Positions 29,071-36,503 of a stretch of 64,000 nt of DNA are shown here, in pieces. The notes beneath the pieces are model-generated. The model was not told the DNA's origin. It worked only from the letters and a program-made list of their open reading frames with translations, and did not search any database. The translations under genes and the position numbers were made by a program. The DNA comes from an uncultured Gammaproteobacteria bacterium (GTDB taxonomy: Bacteria; Patescibacteriota; Microgenomatia; UBA1406; HO2-37-13b), in NCBI GenBank assembly GCA_964612595.1, contig CAZTFB010000001.1, positions 387,058-451,057 on the forward strand. Direction: 5' to 3'. Position 1 is the stretch's first letter; every line of letters begins with the position of its first letter.

Positions 29071-29928
29071 TTATAGTATGACCCCTAAGACTATCAGAAC
29101 AAGGGCAGCGCCAACACCAAGTAGTAAATAAGTATTTATGTGTATACCGCCCGTCTGGGGAAGTGTGGGCTTTGGTGTGTTTGTAGGATTCTGTACAAGT
29201 GACTGGGTCGGCCTCGGTGTAGAGGTAGGTCGTGGTGTCGCAGTTGGAATCGGTGTATTTGTTGGTTTCGGCGTATTTGTAGGAGCGGGTGTGTTTGACG
29301 GCGCTATCGTACTCGTAGGAGCAGGCGTAGAGGTAGGTCGTGGTGTCGCAGTTGGAATCGGTGTGTTAGTTGGTTTCGGCGTATTTGTAGGTTTAGGTGC
29401 TATGCTACTTGTCGGTATGATTGATATTGCTCGTGTTGGTGACGGCGTAGGAGACACTGATGGTGTCACCGATGGCACCTCGGGAGGTGTTGCGGTAGGT
29501 GTTAAAGAAGGTGTAAGCGTCGGCGATTGGGTACCTGTACAAACGTTTTCGTTTGTATCAATCTTCTCTGGGCAAGAGACATGGCCTGCATCATATACTA
29601 CTGCAACTGTGCAACTGTATTTTTTATCTTTTTCTGGGGTAAATAGTGCTTTTAGCGTACCAACACGCTTATGTGGAAGCTCACGCCAGGTTGCTCCATC
29701 AAATTCACGAATAGTAACAACATACCCCTTTGCCCCAGTAATACCATCCCATTCACAATATGCCCCATCAATAGGACATGATGGTCCTGCTGCTTTTTCT
29801 CGTATATCTTGTACTCTACCAATCAAGACATAGCCAGTAATAATACCGACAACAATAATCAATAACGATAAAATCGTTGCAATCTTCTTCCTGTCCGATT
29901 GTCTAGGTGATGCAATTGCTTTATACAT
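29071..29928 (-). CDS. Surface protein with N-terminal signal anchor, small Cys beta-domain, long PT-repeat stalk and C-terminal LPXTG-type sorting signal
   Basis: The C-terminus reads KPTLPQTGG followed by a hydrophobic helix (LLLGVGAALVLIVLGVIL). The stalk contains PTNTPKPTNTPIPTATPRPTSTP twice. Confidence 0.7.
   Translation of the reverse strand: MYKAIASPRQSDRKKIATILSLLIIVVGIITGYVLIGRVQDIREKAAGPSCPIDGAYCEWDGITGAKGYVVTIREFDGATWRELPHKRVGTLKALFTPEKDKKYSCTVAVVYDAGHVSCPEKIDTNENVCTGTQSPTLTPSLTPTATPPEVPSVTPSVSPTPSPTRAISIIPTSSIAPKPTNTPKPTNTPIPTATPRPTSTPAPTSTIAPSNTPAPTNTPKPTNTPIPTATPRPTSTPRPTQSLVQNPTNTPKPTLPQTGGIHINTYLLLGVGAALVLIVLGVIL
29219..29391. repeat. Direct repeat, 65-nt unit at a 108-nt period, inside the PT stalk
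   Basis: GTAGAGGTAGGTCGTGGTGTCGCAGTTGGAATCGGTGT.TT.GTTGGTTTCGGCGTATTTGTAGG occurs at 29219..29283 and at 29327..29391 with 2 mismatches. Confidence 0.85.
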
Positions 29929-29930
29929 AT

Positions 29931-31265
29931 CTATTGGTCACAATTTGGACAACTTATTCGCACATTTAGTTTTTCTTCAAGTGGACATAGCGGTGGTTCA
30001 ATCACAGGGCCTGTTGGTGTGCTTGTTGGCGTACTTGTAGGAGTGAGTGTTTGGCGTGGGGTTGGTGACGGTGTTCCGGATGGTCCAATCGGCTCAATAG
30101 TACACGAGGCACTTATTCTTTTTCTACATACTAATTCATTTTTCCTTGAAGATGGTATGTTTAAAGGATTCGTGTGTCCAGGATCACAATCAAGACTTAT
30201 ATCATATACTCCACCATCAACATACTTAAATGTGACAATTTCATTATTTTTTAGACCACATACTTTATTATCTCTGTTGTTGTTTTGACTATCAGTAACA
30301 TCTTGAGCAAACTCATCGTCAAAGTAAATGCATGCACCATCTCGCTGTAACTCCATTTTAACCTGCAATTCTTCACCAATTGCCAAACATCGATCGCCAT
30401 TCAATATTTCAAAATTACACTTGTTCTGAGCACACGAAAGTACATCGCTACTCCCCGGTACAGGTAACACAAGCGGCTTTGTACAAGCTGGACAACAAAC
30501 TTGTGCCTGGCAGTCACCACACACTACCGGATTCGGCGTAAGTTCAGGAGTTAATGTTGGATTGTGTCCAATAACCATTCCTACATATGTGCGACATGCC
30601 TGCCCATGGGCTTGATGCAGCCTTATGCCTGTAGGTGCCGGTAGAGGACCATTATAATTTAACCAATTTCCTTGACAATCAAATCGAGCATTTATTGATT
30701 TCTCCGTACTACTGTCGCGAAACACTATTTCATCGCATACAAAACAGCTATCGGGAGGCCCATTATATCTTGGATTGATAATAATCATGCCTGGACCATC
30801 TTCTCGTGGATCAACAAACGATTCTGTTCTATCAGAACAATCCAATCCGCCCGAAATATCGCATGCACATTGTCCTGGACCACACGAAAGCTGTTGTGCA
30901 GTAGAGCCACAAACCTGTGATAAACCAGAATTTTTATCAACAGGTTCAAATCGACATTCATAGCGCGATTCCATGTCATCGACAGGAAAGGTGAATGCTG
31001 AATCTTGACTTGAATTAATTATCAATTCACCTATTGGCGTTGATGTGCCATTTTTATAAGCAGTAAGTTTCCATTTACCAAAGTCGTTTTGGTTCATTTT
31101 GCTCGTATCTATGCTGCATGAACCTGAACGACATGCTTGCCCGCTAAAAGCTGCCTCATTGCGTGAGGTCATACTTCTGCCCGCGAGCACAGCAATAGCA
31201 ACGACAATAAAGAGTATCGTCAAACTTATGTAACGAAATGTTTTTGATGCAATTATTACATTCAT
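29931..31265 (-). CDS. Cys-rich secreted multi-domain protein, paralog 1 (PKD-like domain, PT linker, C-terminal Cys tail)
   Basis: Signal anchor, then about 30 Cys. Motifs shared with the next three genes are IRLHQ, NKCNFEI and FKYVDGGVYDISLDCDP (PKD-like). The tail is PPLCPLEEKLNVRISCPNCDQ. The probable start ATG 31265 forms an ATGA overlap with the upstream stop. Confidence 0.6.
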   Translation of the reverse strand: MNVIIASKTFRYISLTILFIVVAIAVLAGRSMTSRNEAAFSGQACRSGSCSIDTSKMNQNDFGKWKLTAYKNGTSTPIGELIINSSQDSAFTFPVDDMESRYECRFEPVDKNSGLSQVCGSTAQQLSCGPGQCACDISGGLDCSDRTESFVDPREDGPGMIIINPRYNGPPDSCFVCDEIVFRDSSTEKSINARFDCQGNWLNYNGPLPAPTGIRLHQAHGQACRTYVGMVIGHNPTLTPELTPNPVVCGDCQAQVCCPACTKPLVLPVPGSSDVLSCAQNKCNFEILNGDRCLAIGEELQVKMELQRDGACIYFDDEFAQDVTDSQNNNRDNKVCGLKNNEIVTFKYVDGGVYDISLDCDPGHTNPLNIPSSRKNELVCRKRISASCTIEPIGPSGTPSPTPRQTLTPTSTPTSTPTGPVIEPPLCPLEEKLNVRISCPNCDQ

Positions 31266-32548
31266 TGTGTCGGTGATAATGAACAATCAGTGCAATTTGG
31301 TAACTTCAGTGTTATCTGTGGTATTGGGCAAGCTGCAGGTGTTGGCGTAGGACTCGAGGTCACCGAAGGAGTTACTCCACCACCCTCACATCCAATTGTC
31401 AATCGCTTAACACAATAGAACTCGTTAGGTACATTTCCTACATTAGGATCACAATTTAACTTAATCTCATAAATACCCGCATCATTATATGTATGACTTA
31501 CTAGACCTGTTTTTCCCGTTAATTGTTTCCAAATATTTCCAAGCGTATCATCGTCGAACGTCATCTTTGGTCCACTTACAGAACTTTGATAAGAGATATT
31601 TAGGGGTTCACCCAAATTAACACATGTATTTGAGTTTTCCTCAATATCCCTTCCACCTTGTTGTAATGAAAAATTACATAATCGTGCATTACATTCACTA
31701 CCGGTTACTGTCACTGTCTTTTCTGCGCCAGTTTCAAGCCGCTCAATATACTGTCCCGAATAACTAATTTCCTCTAGACCGCATCGGCCAATATCAGCGC
31801 ATGAAAAGATTTGCTCAGCAATACACGCGAGAAGGGGATTACCATTACTATTAAATGGTATAGCTTTATACGCACGATCTCCAGTTCCTTCAGCCTGATG
31901 CATTCGAATTGTTGGAACAGGATTTTGTGCACAAGAGTACTTTGAAATAAAATTGTCGTATGCGGGTTCGTTTGGCGATTCTGCAAATACCCTTACCTCT
32001 TTGCAATTTTGCGTATCATCAGCGCACTGTGGGGGCGGTGTCGCACCACGCCATACTGCTTTGAAATATTTTGCAGGATCATTTGGACGGCTTTGTGCGG
32101 GCTCAAACAACAACGATCCCCAATCTTTACAACTACAGTTAGAACACGTATATTCTGCATCAACACTCTTACTGCATTGTTGCTCTGGATAGGGAGTTCC
32201 TTCAGCATTAAGAACTTCAATCTCACATTTGTATTGTGTATTTTGCTGTGCTTGTGCAATAGCAAGCGTTGGTTGATTTATCTGGCCTGTAATAACAGGT
32301 GTTCCACCCGCCAAGATTTTTAGTCTAAATCGAGCATTATCTGGTAGGTCGTTTGGATCAACACTACAGACTGCCTGCTGTAATCGACAAGCACCCCCCG
32401 CTTCAATAGTTGGTTGTGGAGATTGAGCAAGATTCTGAAGAGTAATCGTTGAGCGTGATGCAAAGAAACCAGCTATTATGCCGATAACAAGCACAGAAAA
32501 TACGATCATTCTTGTCGGGATATTATCTTTTAGGTTCAGTACGTTCAT
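31262..32548 (-). CDS. Cys-rich secreted multi-domain protein, paralog 2
   Basis: Same architecture as paralog 1: YKCEIEV, CSNCSC, QCADDTQNCKEVRVF, IRMHQAEG, LCNFSL, HTYNDAGIYEIKLNCDP. The tail is AACPIPQITLKLPNCTDC. Confidence 0.6.
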   Translation of the reverse strand: MNVLNLKDNIPTRMIVFSVLVIGIIAGFFASRSTITLQNLAQSPQPTIEAGGACRLQQAVCSVDPNDLPDNARFRLKILAGGTPVITGQINQPTLAIAQAQQNTQYKCEIEVLNAEGTPYPEQQCSKSVDAEYTCSNCSCKDWGSLLFEPAQSRPNDPAKYFKAVWRGATPPPQCADDTQNCKEVRVFAESPNEPAYDNFISKYSCAQNPVPTIRMHQAEGTGDRAYKAIPFNSNGNPLLACIAEQIFSCADIGRCGLEEISYSGQYIERLETGAEKTVTVTGSECNARLCNFSLQQGGRDIEENSNTCVNLGEPLNISYQSSVSGPKMTFDDDTLGNIWKQLTGKTGLVSHTYNDAGIYEIKLNCDPNVGNVPNEFYCVKRLTIGCEGGGVTPSVTSSPTPTPAACPIPQITLKLPNCTDCSLSPTQ

Positions 32549-32563
32549 ATGTTTCCTAGATTA

Positions 32564-33958
32564 TTAAGGTGTAGGCGTTATGCCACACTCGCCATCACAT
32601 CGTATCTCAAATGATAGATTAATTGGTGCTTCTACTGGACATGCAGGAATTGATGGCGTTGGTGTGCGCGAAGGTGTCGGTGTTCTTGTTGGGGAAGGTG
32701 TTGGCGTTTTTGTCGGCGTAGGTGTAGGACTCACATTTTCACACCCCATTTTTAGTATTTTGCGACATATCAAGCCTGTTTCGGTACAGGTCACTGTAAT
32801 TTTAAATGACCCATAATCAAAATATCTGTGTCGAGGATTCTCACGCAAATTATATATGCGATCGTCTCCTCTATCTATATCGTCGCCAAACGATATTTGC
32901 CAGTTCCCACCCCCAGAAGTATCTTGCACATCAAGATTCACAAACTTACTTGGATCTGCACACGCACCTCCCAGTAACTCATTATTATTCAAGCTACCGT
33001 CATTCGCTGTTACATTAAAATCGCACCCTTCATTACATTCATTTGGCCGGCTCTCAGGAGCAGGAAACAACCCGCACGAACCCTCACCAGTTGGACATGA
33101 GTATGTCAATTTTTTTCGGCATGCAGTATCTTGTATCTCATTGCCATTAGCATCAAATGCGATAAATTCGTATTCTCTAGCTTGATTTCCTCTTGTTTGA
33201 TGGAGCATAAACGTTGGATGTGGATTTGTACATGAATACGGTGATGGTGGAACAATTTCAATTGGTGGTCGATTGCTGACCAGTACATTATTCTCATGGT
33301 TCTGTTCTGAGAATATTCTGACAGTCGTACAAGACTGACCAATATCAGTACATTGAGCAGGTGTTGGCTCGGCAGGATTCCAAATTGTTTGAACAAAAAC
33401 TCTTCCAAGGCGATCTTGTGAAGCTATCTCCTTTACCTCTAATTCTCCAAATAAATGACATGCACAGTTTTCGCATAACAAACTTCCTGGCTTCGGATTT
33501 CCACGGCAGGCATCAGTTTCTGTTGGATTATATAATTGTCCATCCCTATATAGACGAATATCACATGAGTAGGTGTCGGTGCCAAAATTGTAAGTAGGTT
33601 CAAATTTTATTGCAGTGCCTGGAGCTCCGCTATTTACGATTTCAAGCCCAGATCCATCTTTGATCACATATGTCCAAGACCAGTTCCAGTTTGGATCAGC
33701 TAAAAGATCTTCTCTTGCCCGTGCGTCCATAGTGCAAATGCCCTTCGGTTCACTGCAGGAGGGTCCACTTAGAACTTCCGCTGCTTTATTAGGCTTGTTT
33801 ACTGGTGTACTTACAATAAAGTATCCTGCAATAATACCGCTAAAAACAATGAACAGTGAAATAATTGTTGCTGGACTGAATGATTTAATAAAATTTCTTT
33901 TATAACTTTGAGACTGAAGGATTTCTTCGGGTATTGGTGAATAATTTGTACTATTCAT
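32564..33958 (-). CDS. Cys-rich secreted multi-domain protein, paralog 3
   Basis: YSCDIRL, CENCAC, QCTDIGQSCTTVRIF, FMLHQTRG, GCDFNV, HRYFDYGSFKITVTC. The linker is TPTPTKTPTPSPTRTPTPSRTPTPS and the tail is PACPVEAPINLSFEIRCDGEC. Confidence 0.6.
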   Translation of the reverse strand: MNSTNYSPIPEEILQSQSYKRNFIKSFSPATIISLFIVFSGIIAGYFIVSTPVNKPNKAAEVLSGPSCSEPKGICTMDARAREDLLADPNWNWSWTYVIKDGSGLEIVNSGAPGTAIKFEPTYNFGTDTYSCDIRLYRDGQLYNPTETDACRGNPKPGSLLCENCACHLFGELEVKEIASQDRLGRVFVQTIWNPAEPTPAQCTDIGQSCTTVRIFSEQNHENNVLVSNRPPIEIVPPSPYSCTNPHPTFMLHQTRGNQAREYEFIAFDANGNEIQDTACRKKLTYSCPTGEGSCGLFPAPESRPNECNEGCDFNVTANDGSLNNNELLGGACADPSKFVNLDVQDTSGGGNWQISFGDDIDRGDDRIYNLRENPRHRYFDYGSFKITVTCTETGLICRKILKMGCENVSPTPTPTKTPTPSPTRTPTPSRTPTPSIPACPVEAPINLSFEIRCDGECGITPTP

Positions 33959-33971
33959 TATTTATTTTTGA

Positions 33972-35339
33972 TTAGGGCGTTGGTTTAACGCAATCTTTAC
34001 AATCTAAACTAAAGTTTATATCAATCGGTGTTAAAAGTGGGCATGAGTTTGGCACGCGACCAGTCACAGTAGGTGTTCCGCTTACGTTTGGTGTGGGTGT
34101 TGGGGTTACTTGAGGTGTCATTGTGGGTGACAACGAAGGTTGATCACCACAGGTTGCACATATGACAGGTACATACTTTGTGCAAGTCAAAACTTCATCT
34201 CCCTTCTTACATCGTAATGTAAGTTCATAAATGCCTCCTCTGTCATAATGGGTCCCGATTGAAACGCGCTCACCAGGAGGGATTGGTTCAAAGTTCTCGC
34301 CAAAACGACCCCACTTAAATTCAAAATCATCCCAGCTCCCTCTCGTTGCATCTGTAAGCGACCTAACAACTGTCTGTCCTATTCCTAAAACCAATTGCCC
34401 ATCACAAGTTGGACAATTTGATGACTGCTCAACAACAAGTTCAAACTGGCAATCTTCCTCTGCACATAGGTTGGGATTTTCAGTGTTCATCTGTCGTACC
34501 ACCTTACATGCATCTTCCGGTTCAACCTGACAACATACTTCTCGTGAACATCCTTCGGCATCAGGACTTTCTACACATTTATGCGGTACTTCACTATTTA
34601 TATCATCCCTCAGTTTATTAAACGTATATCTTACGCACCTGTTTGCCAGATCGCCACCCTCACCAATCCATGCATTTTCTTCGCAGGCAATATCAAATGT
34701 TCTTCCGTCATCTCTTGTAACCCTTACGTTTTGACAAGCTCCATAACACGCATTAGGCAATGGCTGAGGTTGGGGGATAATCGGGACATACCTTATTGCA
34801 CCATTATTGAGCATGGTTTTTAGTTCGTCGGGTTCAACACATTTACATTCGTCACACTGTTGAGGAGCGATTGGACAAGCAGCAAGATCAGCGAAATTGC
34901 CACGATAGGTTTCCTCACATAATGAGGATTTTTTTTGTACTTTTATTTGACACTGTAATCTCGTTGTTGCTATGTCATTAGATGATTGGAACATGCTAGT
35001 AATCGGCACGCGTACCCTAAAGCTACTCGCCCCATTTAGCTGCGATTTGCTTATCTGGTTTGTCGTACCGTTCACCGTCACACAACCCCCTGTAAAACTC
35101 TGAGGGTTGTTATTGTCTTGCACACACACTTCAAACTGATAGTCTGCCGGATCAACCTCATCTGGAACCCCCACAATACAATCAACATCAATATTTCTAC
35201 ATGTGGGACCAGAAGTCTGTGCCTGATTTTGAAAAATGACGCGTCTACCTAATTGAAAAGAAGCAACAAGAACAACTATGAGAATAATCGCCATGACGCC
35301 TATACTCATAATTTTATGTTGTGATAATTTGCTGTACAT
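33972..35339 (-). CDS. Cys-rich secreted multi-domain protein, paralog 4 (most divergent)
   Basis: LQCQIKV, CDECKC, NACYGACQNVRV, EDCQFEL, THYDRGGIYELTLRC. The tail is NSCPLLTPIDINFSLDCKDC. Confidence 0.55.
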   Translation of the reverse strand: MYSKLSQHKIMSIGVMAIILIVVLVASFQLGRRVIFQNQAQTSGPTCRNIDVDCIVGVPDEVDPADYQFEVCVQDNNNPQSFTGGCVTVNGTTNQISKSQLNGASSFRVRVPITSMFQSSNDIATTRLQCQIKVQKKSSLCEETYRGNFADLAACPIAPQQCDECKCVEPDELKTMLNNGAIRYVPIIPQPQPLPNACYGACQNVRVTRDDGRTFDIACEENAWIGEGGDLANRCVRYTFNKLRDDINSEVPHKCVESPDAEGCSREVCCQVEPEDACKVVRQMNTENPNLCAEEDCQFELVVEQSSNCPTCDGQLVLGIGQTVVRSLTDATRGSWDDFEFKWGRFGENFEPIPPGERVSIGTHYDRGGIYELTLRCKKGDEVLTCTKYVPVICATCGDQPSLSPTMTPQVTPTPTPNVSGTPTVTGRVPNSCPLLTPIDINFSLDCKDCVKPTP

Positions 35340-35344
35340 ACTAT

Positions 35345-35998
35345 CTATAAACTACTACACAACACACAACCAATAACCTCTGTTGTAACAGTAAATGCAG
35401 GCAATACACATGACTGTGAATCTCCTCCTCCACCACCACTCGTTGGAGTTGCTGTGGGTCTTGGCGTATCTTGGGGTGCTGTTGTTGGTGTTAGTGTTGG
35501 ATCTGATTGTGGTATCGTACTTGGTATCTGATCGTCTTTTATTGGCGTTGGTGTGAGTGACGGCGCCACTGTCAACGTAGGCGTAGGAGAGGCAAGTACC
35601 GGAGATTCTGTAACCGTTGCTTCTGGTGTTGGAACAATAATGGTAGGTTCTGTTGTCGGTACAACCTCTCTACGAAGGCAGCATAATGCTCTACTCTGTC
35701 CAGGCACAGGTGTTGGTCCTTCGTTAGGTCCCGTGCCTGCTAGATTATCACTAAAGGATGGACTCTCAGGAGGGTTTATTGAGCTATTTATTATTATTGG
35801 AATTGCCTCACCATCACAAGCACTTCCTTCAGGAAGCACCTCACCACCTTCGGTTTGGCAGCTTTGGTAATCAAAAGTTTGTGCAGGAACTTGATATGTT
35901 TGTTGGAGTCTAATATTATAGAGTACTACTAAAAATGCAGTAGTCAAAAAGAAAACGCTTGCTACGGTAAGAACACCTTTTGGTTGTAAACCAAACAT
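35345..35998 (-). CDS. Secreted PT-rich protein with a small N-terminal Cys domain and the same C-terminal Cys tail
   Basis: Signal anchor, then SCQTEGGEV...ACDG...ALCC, a long P/T/E linker and the tail SQSCVLPAFTVTTEVIGCVLCSSL. Confidence 0.5.
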   Translation of the reverse strand: MFGLQPKGVLTVASVFFLTTAFLVVLYNIRLQQTYQVPAQTFDYQSCQTEGGEVLPEGSACDGEAIPIIINSSINPPESPSFSDNLAGTGPNEGPTPVPGQSRALCCLRREVVPTTEPTIIVPTPEATVTESPVLASPTPTLTVAPSLTPTPIKDDQIPSTIPQSDPTLTPTTAPQDTPRPTATPTSGGGGGDSQSCVLPAFTVTTEVIGCVLCSSL

Positions 35999-36124
35999 AT
36001 AAATTTATTATATACCTTTAACTACAGGTAAAAAATGAATTGATGAACATGCAGATACCTTATCATGGATCATCACAGTTCTTTACAGCAGAATAGTTAA
36101 ACGTTATAGGCAGAAATACTCAAC

Positions 36125-36496
36125 CTATTTAGTCTTACAGCAATCCACTGGCATACCATTAGGTCTTTTTCCAATACATATGCCATCCTCAACTCTCCCA
36201 AAATCACTACATTTGAGGTCATAAACACATATCCCTCCTTGTGCTTGACATTCATCTGGACTCATTTCAGACGCGTCACTTTTTACTAACGTTGGTGCTG
36301 GTACTGAAGTTGCTGTTTGTTCTGGAAGATTTGGATCGGTTACTTTTTCATCTTCGGATTCCTCAGTTGGGATAGTGTCTGAAATATTGGGTATGTTTTT
36401 TGAATCATTATTTATCAACTTTACACCAACCATATAGGCTCCGACTACGACCACTGCAAGTAAAAAGATGGTTGCTATTAATTTTGATGTACTCAT
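36125..36496 (-). CDS. Small secreted Cys-rich protein (123 aa)
   Basis: Signal anchor and acidic linker, then ECQAQGGICVYDLKCSDFGRVEDGICIGKRPNGMPVDCC. This is the same CQxxGG...CC pattern as the N-domain of 35345..35998. Confidence 0.5.
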   Translation of the reverse strand: MSTSKLIATIFLLAVVVVGAYMVGVKLINNDSKNIPNISDTIPTEESEDEKVTDPNLPEQTATSVPAPTLVKSDASEMSPDECQAQGGICVYDLKCSDFGRVEDGICIGKRPNGMPVDCCKTK

Positions 36497-36503
36497 ATTT
36501 GAA

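Noticed and set aside
29138-29833. 231-aa Gly/Val-rich plus-strand ORF, along with similar G/V-rich ORFs at 30019..30288, 32580..32816, 35553..35870 and 42569..42844
   Set aside because: These are antisense translations of the Pro/Thr-rich linkers of the minus-strand surface-protein genes. The minus-strand frames have signal anchors, domains and operon spacing, so the plus-strand ORFs are shadows.
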